Shown here in pieces: positions 1 to 8,195 of a stretch of 28,377 bases of DNA (positions are counted from its first letter, which is position 1; the number at the start of each line of letters is the position of its first letter). Made by a program: the position numbers and the translations under genes. The notes under the pieces are model-generated. The model saw only the letters and a list, made by a program, of their open reading frames with translations. It was not told the origin of the DNA and searched no databases. Location: the IMG/VR virus record IMGVR_UViG_3300042860_000278. One strand, given 5' to 3'. This DNA comes from an uncultured virus (IMG/VR IMGVR_UViG_3300042860_000278). Taxonomy: Duplodnaviria > Heunggongvirae > Uroviricota > Caudoviricetes.

Positions 1-3000
1 AATTGATCACGGTAATTATCGATGATCTTGTACCAAGCTTGACGCTGGGCATCATTCTGAAACTTTAAATTGGTGTGCAGCAGCGTCCAGATATACTCAC
101 GCAGCTTAGCGGCACTTACTTGTTCGGTCGTGCCATCTGGCTTGGTGATTTGGAAGTCTTTCTTGGTGTTATCAAGCGGCGCAAACAACATGAACTTGGT
201 GCGGCGACGCTCACCAATGTGCAACGCCTTTAGCGTCTTATCCAACTTCGCCAACACTTTCTTGTATGGCAGTTTTGATTTCTTGCCATAAGCCTTGGCA
301 GCGACTTCGATAGCCTCAAAGCGCGGCATGATGCGGGACACCATGATGCCCTTGGTCAAGCCAGTCGAGACAACCATCCGGTCATAGAAGTTATTAAAGC
401 CGAGTGCGCCCACGTTTTCACGCAGCAACCGGCTAGTCATTTCCAAGCCGTTCTGAATGTCTTTCAAAACGTACCGGTAGTTCTGCAAATCGCGCGCAGC
501 TTTGAGATACGGCGTCCCGGTTAAGAATTCTTTAGCACGTTTCAATAAGCCCTGTCTGCCACCAGCCACAGAGTCGAGTTCATCGACACTCTCTTGGTAC
601 ATTTCCTCTGTGGTGCGTACCTTGGCAGGAGGTGCTTTAAACTTCTTCGCGCCACGCTGAATCAAACGTCCAACATCAACTCGACCCATAGCAATCATCT
701 TGCTTGGGGTACGGCGCAATTCAATGACAGCATCCGCAGTGTTTGCCATCTTTTCAGTGACGCTTAGAATTTGATTCAAAGCACTGTCTGCATCGGACTT
801 GAAGCCAAGCAGATTTGAGACCGTGTTAACGAACTTGCTCCACGCAGAGCGTTCGCGGCGATACGGAATCAAACGGAGCAACGCTTGTACTGAGGGATCA
901 GTCAACGCCCACGTATAGATTTCATCAATCTCATAGGTGAGCCGACCATTTCGGTCACGCTTCAATATGTTCAGCGACATCATGTCCTGAACCAAGGCTC
1001 GCATTTGATTGTTCTTGGGTAGGTTATTAGCGAGGTGCTTTAACTGCCTACCAATGTAATCACCTACTTCCTCGTACTCATCAACTGCATCGGTCAGATC
1101 GTTCTTAGTTCCAATAGCCTTTGCAGCGCGTCCAAGCTGGACGAGAGGCAACATGACGGCATGAACTATTTCATGCAACAAGGTTTTGTAATCGGCGTAA
1201 CTACTGCCAATCTCAACCTCAACACCCATGTTCAACACACCGGGCTGTCGATCTGGGTCTGCTTGCGTATAGAGCGTAGCGCGTCCTTGTGCGCCGCCCG
1301 GTAGTGACTTGACGACGCGAACCGGGAAGTCTTTCACAAGACCAGACGACACCAAGTAATCCAACACCCGCAGGAGTTGGTCAGCAACCATTCTGTAGGA
1401 TGGGCTGTCCGACGTTTTAACTACGAGGTTTAGTACCTGTACGAGTGACTTGCCATTGATCGCGTTGATCAGGGCGTCGTCGCTGAGTTCCTTACTTGTC
1501 TGCTCTGGAGTCTCTTCCAAGGCAGCGGTTGTCTGCTCAGGCGTAGCAGAGGCTTCCGACAACATGCCCGGAGTTAACTGCTCACGTTTACCTGTAACAC
1601 GCGCTTCGCGCTCAACAGACGGAGGAGCCTCGCCACCTATCTCTTTAGGTGCGCCTTCTTCCTGCGCTGCCTTAACACCGGTAGTCGCTGCGGCTTGCTT
1701 AGTGACCTTCTCAAACTGCTTGGCTTGCTTAGAAACTGCGGCGCGTTCCTTCTTTTTACCAACGCGCTCCTCAACTTCATCAGGCAGTTCGACCTTCTCT
1801 TCAACGATTGGCTTCGCCGTACCAGCCTGTATCTGTTGATAACGCTGAGCCGCTGCATTGACGATCTTAGAAGTTTCAGTCAGGTCAGGCGGGGTGACAG
1901 GATTACCCGCATCATCAACCGGGTTGGCAGCAAGATTGATGTCCGCAACAACTCGGTTGTAATCAGGCGTGGAGATTGCCCCTGCTCGGAGCAACGCTTG
2001 TGCAGCAGCCTGATATTGATCACGCTGTTCCGGTGCTAGTGCAGGGAGGACTCGACCCTTTCCAACATCAGTTGTACCAACACCTGCTCCAACACCCCCC
2101 AGTCCAGCGGACTTAGGAGGCTTAGTGGTCCCTGCGGCGGCGGCTCCTCGTTTTTGTACAACAGTTCCAGTGCCTGTTGCACCTGTTCCAGCGACAGCCT
2201 TCTGAGCAGTAGTTCGTGGGCGTAATTCACGTTTGGGTAACTCCAGTAGATACTTACGCTTTCTTGTCTTCGGGTCTGCCTTAGATACTACGCCGTTCTG
2301 TTGATAGGCATCCATCAATTCAACGGCTTGCTGACGCTCAAGCCCCGTGGCTTTTATGATCGCCGGGACGTTTACATCTTTGCGGTTCATCGCCGCTTCT
2401 TTCAGAGCCTCTGCACCTTTCTGATAAATCGGACTAGCAGGGTCTGTAAGCGGGATTGAAGGAGTGCCTTCCCCTGCTTCAAAAATTTGAGCAGAAGAGT
2501 CTGTGGGTTTGAATGTTTTTAAACCTTGATCCGTCAACGGACGTACGCCGTTGGGCATCATGTCCCCAACAAGACCCTGCGCTTGCATCTGACCAAGGAT
2601 ACGGTCAGCGTCTTCCATGCCTATGTTGAGAGCGCGTCCCAAGGCAGATGTGGAGACGCTAGCAAGAACAAAGTCCGTGCCGTCTTCTTTCTTTTCGGTA
2701 GGCGAGACCTGCCCAGACATAACAACGTTTACCGCGTTGTTATATAACTCTTCTGGTATTGGCTGCGCTTGGGGGGCCGGAGGCAGAGTTGTGGTCGTAG
2801 TTTCAGTCGTAGTTTCAGTCGTAGTTTCAGCAGGCGTGACTGTAGGCTGGGGCGTAACAGTTTTAAGCGACTGCAAACCTTCAACTCGGCCGGTAATTAG
2901 GTCAGCCTTTTTCAGTTTGCTGAGCAGAATACCCGCGCCTTTCGCATCAATATTGAATTTACTGCGAAGGATTTTGTTCCACTGATCTTTGACAGTCTCG

Positions 3001-4400
3001 TTGCCAAGGAGACGAATCGTATCTAGAGCGCGTTGCTCTAGTTCGTTAAATCCTTGGAAAGGTTCTGTTGCGGGAACAGTCTCAAATGTAGGCAGCGTAA
3101 CGTTGCCCTTGAGTTCTGTTGGTTTATCTTTCGGAGAGACAACTGTACCCGTGCCACCAGCAGGAGGCGCAGCAGTCGTAGTTACAGTAGCCGGTTCTTT
3201 CTTTTCAAGATCCGTCAGACCATAAGTCTTGACAGTATCTTTACGTATATCGTTGAGGATGCCGATTTCTTTTTCGAAGCTCTTGGCTTCGTCAATCATC
3301 TTCCTAGATTCTTCCTGCGTATACACGCCGGGAATCTTTAACTGCGCTTCAATCTGCGCGATCCGAGTCTGGTAATCGGCAACCTGACGGTCGAGTTCAG
3401 CGACGCTCTGGCGCGGCGTGAGTTCAGGTGGTTCCTGTCTTAATGCACCAAGAGCCGTAGCAGCACCGGCTTGGACACCACCGCCTACAAGCGTAGCGAT
3501 GGCAGTAACAACCTGCCTTCTGCCTTGAATAAGAGCGGCTTCGCCAGCCGACTGTGCGTTAGCAAGTTCTTCATCAAGCCCGTTTGCGTAGGCGTTGAGT
3601 GACTGCAAAAGAGTCGCAGCCTGTTCGCCCGGTATTTCACCCGCAGCAAATTTAATAAGTTCGTCTTTGACACCCTTGAGCGTCTTAACGCCAAACGCAT
3701 CGGTTAAGAATTTAGATGGGAAGTACTCCGTGCCTACTTCAATGATGGCATCAACGTTGCCGTATAGCGACGCTTGCTCAGGAGTTTTCCCTTCTTCACG
3801 CGCTTCAGCATAACTTTGCTGACGAGTGCTTAGTCCCGCTAGGGCCAAGTTTGGTAATGAACTACGTGCAGCAACAGACGCAATTAATCCCGGTGATTGA
3901 AAAATAGCACTCTCAATACCAGATCGAACGCCTTCTTCAACAACGTTCAAATCTTCTGGAGTTGCTTGACGGATGCGCTCATCGCTAGCGCGAAGCTTGG
4001 CAAGGTATTCTTGAGTTAGTTCATCTACTCGTTGCTGCGCTTCAGCGTCGTCTTTCTTTAGAATCTTCTTGGCTTCGTCAGTTTTCTCAACCATGTACGA
4101 ATAGCCAAGCTGTTTGAATCGCTCAGCTATAGACGTACCAAGTCCGGAGAAAAGCCGCCCAAATCCACGTTCTCCCACAGCAGCCATTGCTGCGGCTTCT
4201 GCGGGTTGACCCGGTTGTACTTGTGGTTGACCCGGTTGTACTTGTGGTTGACCCGGTTGTACTTGTGGTTGAGCCGGAGCGGGTTGTGCAGCATCACCCG
4301 CAACAAGTCCACGTTTGCGGGCTTCTTGAAGTAAAGCAGCTTTATCAGGTGGTAAAATCCCTCGACGCTCTGCTTCCAACAAAAGTTGGATATTAGCCAT
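1..4400 (-). CDS. Giant internal virion/ejection (polyvalent-type) protein, 3'-truncated by the window edge (>1466 aa); FtsK-gamma-like repeats and HExxH zincin domain
   Basis: ATG at 4398-4400 overlaps the upstream TAA and begins MANIQLLLEAERRGILPPDK. It is absent from the ORF track, consistent with no in-frame stop inside the window; segments translated by hand are open. TLLHEIVH with HEIVH at 1161-1175. Confidence 0.88.
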   Translation of the reverse strand, partial: MANIQLLLEAERRGILPPDKAALLQEARKRGLVAGDAAQPAPAQPQVQPGQPQVQPGQPQVQPGQPAEAAAMAAVGERGFGRLFSGLGTSIAERFKQLGYSYMVEKTDEAKKILKKDDAEAQQRVDELTQEYLAKLRASDERIRQATPEDLNVVEEGVRSGIESAIFQSPGLIASVAARSSLPNLALAGLSTRQQSYAEAREEGKTPEQASLYGNVDAIIEVGTEYFPSKFLTDAFGVKTLKGVKDELIKFAAGEIPGEQAATLLQSLNAYANGLDEELANAQSAGEAALIQGRRQVVTAIATLVGGGVQAGAATALGALRQEPPELTPRQSVAELDRQVADYQTRIAQIEAQLKIPGVYTQEESRKMIDEAKSFEKEIGILNDIRKDTVKTYGLTDLEKKEPATVTTTAAPPAGGTGTVVSPKDKPTELKGNVTLPTFETVPATEPFQGFNELEQRALDTIRLLGNETVKDQWNKILRSKFNIDAKGAGILLSKLKKADLITGRVEGLQSLKTVTPQPTVTPAETTTETTTETTTTTLPPAPQAQPIPEELYNNAVNVVMSGQVSPTEKKEDGTDFVLASVSTSALGRALNIGMEDADRILGQMQAQGLVGDMMPNGVRPLTDQGLKTFKPTDSSAQIFEAGEGTPSIPLTDPASPIYQKGAEALKEAAMNRKDVNVPAIIKATGLERQQAVELMDAYQQNGVVSKADPKTRKRKYLLELPKRELRPRTTAQKAVAGTGATGTGTVVQKRGAAAAGTTKPPKSAGLGGVGAGVGTTDVGKGRVLPALAPEQRDQYQAAAQALLRAGAISTPDYNRVVADINLAANPVDDAGNPVTPPDLTETSKIVNAAAQRYQQIQAGTAKPIVEEKVELPDEVEERVGKKKERAAVSKQAKQFEKVTKQAAATTGVKAAQEEGAPKEIGGEAPPSVEREARVTGKREQLTPGMLSEASATPEQTTAALEETPEQTSKELSDDALINAINGKSLVQVLNLVVKTSDSPSYRMVADQLLRVLDYLVSSGLVKDFPVRVVKSLPGGAQGRATLYTQADPDRQPGVLNMGVEVEIGSSYADYKTLLHEIVHAVMLPLVQLGRAAKAIGTKNDLTDAVDEYEEVGDYIGRQLKHLANNLPKNNQMRALVQDMMSLNILKRDRNGRLTYEIDEIYTWALTDPSVQALLRLIPYRRERSAWSKFVNTVSNLLGFKSDADSALNQILSVTEKMANTADAVIELRRTPSKMIAMGRVDVGRLIQRGAKKFKAPPAKVRTTEEMYQESVDELDSVAGGRQGLLKRAKEFLTGTPYLKAARDLQNYRYVLKDIQNGLEMTSRLLRENVGALGFNNFYDRMVVSTGLTKGIMVSRIMPRFEAIEVAAKAYGKKSKLPYKKVLAKLDKTLKALHIGERRRTKFMLFAPLDNTKKDFQITKPDGTTEQVSAAKLREYIWTLLHTNLKFQNDAQRQAWYKIIDNYRDQ
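2036..2230 (-). CDS. Putative nested (+1 frame) 64-aa helical protein inside the giant gene
   Basis: GTG start with GGAG at 2241-2244 (10-nt spacer); Leu/Glu/Gln-rich amphipathic product, while the host frame is a low-complexity G/T/A/V linker over the same span. Confidence 0.55.
   Translation of the reverse strand: MNYAHELLLRRLSLEQVQQALELLYKNEEPPPQGPLSLLSPLDWGVLEQVLVQLMLERVESSLH
2794..2830. repeat. 12-bp tandem repeat x3 encoding (ETTT)3 linker
   Basis: gtcgtagtttca repeated exactly three times. Confidence 0.95.
4204..4272. repeat. 21-bp tandem repeat x3.3 encoding (QPQVQPG)n
   Basis: ggttgacccggttgtacttgt exactly three times plus a partial copy. Confidence 0.97.
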
Positions 4401-5923
4401 TAGCCGCCTCCGAGCGCCGCCATAATTTCTTCATTAGTCATCGAACTAGGATCAAGCGTTGGAGATCGTGCAGCACCCGGCGCAGCCTGATTAGTTTGTG
4501 CTAAGCCCAACAGACGGTCTTCTTCGGCCTGAATCGCTGCTTCAAGTTGAGCAACGCGATTTGGATCAGCTTTATCGCGCTTGGCTTCTTCAAGCCGCTT
4601 CTGATTTCTAAGTTTATAAATCTGGCTGTTGGGGTTCTTTTCCGCGTTTTGAAGCGCAGTTACGCCTGCACGAATCTGCTCGCGATTGATACCCGCCTGT
4701 CCAGTGATGTACTGCGGTTGGAGCTTCTGCATGTTGGCAGTGACTGAATTAAACTTGGCTTGAGCAGCCGCGAGTTCTTCTGGCGTTTTAGCCGCACGAA
4801 GAGCTTTGATTGCCGCTTCGATGTCTTCCTTGAACAAGCCCAGCGGGCCGAGTTGACCCTGTGATCTTTTAAGATCATTAATCATGCGTTCACGAGCAAG
4901 CTGGACCTGCTCTCGCTGTCCGCCGTAAGTCATCATCGCTGTTCCAATACGACCTTCTTCCGCTGCTACAGCAGCCTCGTCAGCCATACGAGCAGTGCCG
5001 ATACGATCAAAGTCAGCCAACTTGGCGTTGGCATAATCACGACGCGACTTGAGTTGCTCACCCTTCACGCCGCGCTCTTCAACATCCAACTCACGGCGGG
5101 TCTTGCCAAGGCGAGCCGCAGGTTCAGCAAATCCAGTTGCTACCGCGCCCAAAAATCCCTGAGTACTCCTAGCAATCTTGTCTCCGGCCTCAAGAAAGAA
5201 CATTGCCTTGGCTTCATCGCGCCGTGCAGCAATGTTGGTAATCGCATCCTTGAACATCTTGGTCTGTTCTTTGTTGAGCTTGTCTACGCCCAGCGAATCA
5301 GCCAATGCTTTACGAGCCTTCTCTTGGCTCTCTTGGCTGGTGCGCGGACGACGCTGCAACACCATTCCAAGACCTTGAGCCTGCATCTCAGAGGGCTTCA
5401 TCTTGGCGATATTCTCTGGAGCCATCATGGGGTTCGGAGCCGGTGCAGCCGGAGCCGCCGGATAGAACGAAGCGGCGTCTACCTCTGGATACTCCTCGTC
5501 TTCATCATTCAATCCACCCGCACCAAACGCCACAATGCCACCACCTTTGGCACTGAACGTACCCGGACGAGCAAGCGTAGCCGCGCTCGTAGCCGGAAGC
5601 CCAGCGGGTGCGCCGCCCATCATAGGCGGCTGTTGTACAGGCATCTGCTGCTGCATCTGCGGGGGTGGGGCAGCGTTAGCCACGGCATTCTCAAGACGCT
5701 GACGAATCGACGGCTGCTGCATCGCTTGCTGCTGTTGCTCCGGCGACATGGCTTTACCAATCAACTCGGCGCGATTCTGCAAGTTCATCACGTAAACAAG
5801 GCTAGAGGGCAACTCTCCGCGATCTACTCGCGCCATGAGTTCCTGACGAAATGCCTGTGGGTCTTTGCCTTTTGCAGCCTGTTGCAGTGCAAGCAGTCGC
5901 GGGTCAGTAAGAATGCCATTCAT
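4400..5923 (-). CDS. Putative DNA transfer/ejection protein (507 aa)
   Basis: Helical Ala/Gln-rich ORF with AKGGGIVAFGAGG motif; lies between the pilot-like gene and the giant gene (P22 gp20-like position). Confidence 0.7.
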   Translation of the reverse strand: MNGILTDPRLLALQQAAKGKDPQAFRQELMARVDRGELPSSLVYVMNLQNRAELIGKAMSPEQQQQAMQQPSIRQRLENAVANAAPPPQMQQQMPVQQPPMMGGAPAGLPATSAATLARPGTFSAKGGGIVAFGAGGLNDEDEEYPEVDAASFYPAAPAAPAPNPMMAPENIAKMKPSEMQAQGLGMVLQRRPRTSQESQEKARKALADSLGVDKLNKEQTKMFKDAITNIAARRDEAKAMFFLEAGDKIARSTQGFLGAVATGFAEPAARLGKTRRELDVEERGVKGEQLKSRRDYANAKLADFDRIGTARMADEAAVAAEEGRIGTAMMTYGGQREQVQLARERMINDLKRSQGQLGPLGLFKEDIEAAIKALRAAKTPEELAAAQAKFNSVTANMQKLQPQYITGQAGINREQIRAGVTALQNAEKNPNSQIYKLRNQKRLEEAKRDKADPNRVAQLEAAIQAEEDRLLGLAQTNQAAPGAARSPTLDPSSMTNEEIMAALGGG

Positions 5924-5925
5924 TA

Positions 5926-7749
5926 TTAACCACCCCTACCGAAGAGATTACCCAAACCATACGCCGTCATACCTGCACCGGCAATCTGATTGACCATGCT
6001 AGGCTGCGCTGCGTAAATCGCTTGAGACGAAGTCGTTGTAGGAATACCGCGCAATACGTCAGACAAGAAGCCCAGCTGCGAGTACGGATAACGCTGCTGA
6101 GCAAGGAAGTCTTGATACTGCTGCTCCAGACGCTGCTGTTCAAGAGCCTGAAGCTGCGACCCCATGCCCATCTGCGCTTGAGCCGCTGCTTGCTGCTGAC
6201 CAAACTGTTGCTGGCCTAAGTTGCCAAGCTGACCCGCCGCAGCCAACTGCTGTTGCAATGCCTGAAGGCCAAAGTTACCACCAAACTGCCGGGACTGCTC
6301 AGCAAGCTGCGCTCCCTGCAAGCCAAACTGCGCCATCTGCTGCTGTTGAGCCAGAGCCTGTTGCTGAGCCTGAAGTTGCGCGGCCTGATTAAGCTGCTGC
6401 GCTTGCAACTGCTGACCAGAACCCAACTGCTGTACGCCAAGCAATGCAGCCAGATTCTGCTGACCTGTCGTAAGCCCCGCCTGCTGGTTGGCAAGTTGAG
6501 CCTGCATGCCCTGCTGAGCGATGAACTGACGACGCGCTTGCTCGGCAGCGAGGTTCTGCTGACCGACGTTGAAGCCCATCTGCTGATTGGCAAGCCCTGC
6601 CTGCATCGCCTGTTGAGCGCCAAGACCCTGAGTCTGCAACTGAGCAGCCAAGTTTTGCTGACCGGTCGTGAGACCAGCCTGTTGGTTAGCCAACGCAGCT
6701 TGAAGACCCGCTTGAGTGCCTAATTGCTGAACGCCAAGTCGAGCCGCCAGATTCTGCTGACCGGTGCTAAGCCCAGCCTGTTGATTGGCAAGCGCAGCTT
6801 GCATTTGAGCGGCACGGTCTGCACCGAACTGCTGCTGTGCCTGTTGGAAGGCTTGCTGACGACCTGTGGCCTCAATATCTCCAAGGCGATCCTGCAACCC
6901 GCGACGGGCTTCAGCCTGAAGCAACGCCTCACGAGTACCACCTTTAGCACCCGCACGAGCCGCAGCAGCACCCATACCGGGCAACTGACGAGCATAGTCT
7001 TGAACAGCGGCTTGCTTCTGCTGCTCCACCACATCTTGCATGTAGGGAGACATGTATTCGCGAGCTTGTTGAATACCAAACTTATCGGCACCAACCCGCT
7101 CAGCCTGCCCCATTTGATACTGTTCTAAGCCACCAATACCAACGCGCTCTGGGCCAGCCATACCAAACTGTTGCAATTCAGGAGCGCGAACCGCTTCGGG
7201 ACCACGCATCGACAACTCGCCGTACCCCTGCCCCTGCACCTGTGGGGTGGGAGCCATCTGATAATTGCGTAACTGCGGAGCCTGAACACTGCCGTAAGCA
7301 AGATCCATCGGCTGATAGAACTGCCGCTCCTGCATCGGTTGATAACCGGCTTGAGCCATCTGGTTCGCTTGTAGTCCAGCGAGTCCAGCGAGTCCTGTAG
7401 CCTGTTGAGTCTGAGCAGTCGGACCTAATTCAGCCGTACCTTGAATCGCTTGATTCTGAAGCGGGTTAAGACCCGCCATGCGCTGACCGCCGTAGACTTG
7501 GTACGGAACTTTGTTAACGTCAGTCAGTGCTTCGACACGCCCCAAAAGGCGCAGAGCAGTCGGCATCAACTGCTCGGGGATCGTGTTCTGCGTAATCGTT
7601 TGCTGAGTCGGAGCAGATGGGGCGCTACCGCCACCACCGTATGCAATGTTCGACTTCAGTTTGATGAGCGCACGGTCACCAGAATTAAAGTATGCCTCCG
7701 GCGATTCTTCATAGAAGCCAAAGTCGTGGAGCTTATTTACGCGCCTCAT
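5926..7749 (-). CDS. Gln-rich DNA pilot/ejection protein (607 aa; P22 gp7-like position)
   Basis: Follows the GNAT-like gene; leader then YGGGGSAPS; Q/A/G/L-rich repeats; C-terminal small-residue hydrophobic helix (QIAGAGMTAYGLGNLF). Confidence 0.75.
   Translation of the reverse strand: MRRVNKLHDFGFYEESPEAYFNSGDRALIKLKSNIAYGGGGSAPSAPTQQTITQNTIPEQLMPTALRLLGRVEALTDVNKVPYQVYGGQRMAGLNPLQNQAIQGTAELGPTAQTQQATGLAGLAGLQANQMAQAGYQPMQERQFYQPMDLAYGSVQAPQLRNYQMAPTPQVQGQGYGELSMRGPEAVRAPELQQFGMAGPERVGIGGLEQYQMGQAERVGADKFGIQQAREYMSPYMQDVVEQQKQAAVQDYARQLPGMGAAAARAGAKGGTREALLQAEARRGLQDRLGDIEATGRQQAFQQAQQQFGADRAAQMQAALANQQAGLSTGQQNLAARLGVQQLGTQAGLQAALANQQAGLTTGQQNLAAQLQTQGLGAQQAMQAGLANQQMGFNVGQQNLAAEQARRQFIAQQGMQAQLANQQAGLTTGQQNLAALLGVQQLGSGQQLQAQQLNQAAQLQAQQQALAQQQQMAQFGLQGAQLAEQSRQFGGNFGLQALQQQLAAAGQLGNLGQQQFGQQQAAAQAQMGMGSQLQALEQQRLEQQYQDFLAQQRYPYSQLGFLSDVLRGIPTTTSSQAIYAAQPSMVNQIAGAGMTAYGLGNLFGRGG
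6409..6804 (-). repeat. Four 33-aa (99-bp) imperfect repeats with 11-residue sub-periodicity
   Basis: MQAALANQQAG-LSTGQQNLAAR-LGVQQLGTQAG and three similar copies. Confidence 0.9.
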
Positions 7750-8189
7750 TTCGGCACCTCATCAAAATATTTTTCAAACACCACGGATTTGGCCGTGTAG
7801 CCATACTTCTTTACGTGCGGCTCCCAGCCGGGGCGACCAAAGAACTCAACCCCGTTACAGCCCATATCACGAGCGAAGCGATCAGCGGTCTCATGCATTC
7901 TGTCGGACACGTAACGCATATGCTGCGCTTCCATCGCGCAGTACTGAATCACAAAGAGTTTGCTCTTCGGGTACTGCTTAATTTCAGTTATAACGTATCC
8001 GTAAATCGTGCTGTCAGTCGGATCAAACACGACCCATAACTGCATCTGTCCGGTCAGCACAAACCGAACGATGTCATCTACACCAGAGCGTCCCTTGGTC
8101 CAACCCTCTGACTTCTCAAAGTACTTGATCAGCGACGGTACGACGTAGCTAATCTGGCCGTATGGGATTAAAGAGATGTCGAGATTCAT
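7746..8189 (-). CDS. GNAT-fold-like virion assembly protein (147 aa; P22 gp14/T7 gp13-like position)
   Basis: Alpha/beta pattern with QLWVVFD...YVITEIKQYP and FARDMGCNGVEFFGRPGW; immediately upstream of the pilot-like gene. Confidence 0.65.
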   Translation of the reverse strand: MNLDISLIPYGQISYVVPSLIKYFEKSEGWTKGRSGVDDIVRFVLTGQMQLWVVFDPTDSTIYGYVITEIKQYPKSKLFVIQYCAMEAQHMRYVSDRMHETADRFARDMGCNGVEFFGRPGWEPHVKKYGYTAKSVVFEKYFDEVPK

Positions 8190-8195
8190 CCAGCG

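Noticed and set aside
4204..4272. CRISPR-like array
   Set aside because: Head-to-tail repeats without spacers, in frame within a CDS.
1637..4312. Other +1-frame minus-strand ORFs inside the giant gene (1637-1858, 3485-3700, 4127-4312)
   Set aside because: Composition typical of off-frame reading or derived from the tandem repeat; unlike 2036-2230, I saw no positive evidence for them.
5054..5929. 291-aa plus-strand ORF, and other plus-strand ORFs such as 10200-10826 and 6253-6723
   Set aside because: Antisense shadows of well-supported minus-strand genes; no recognisable motifs or independent signals.
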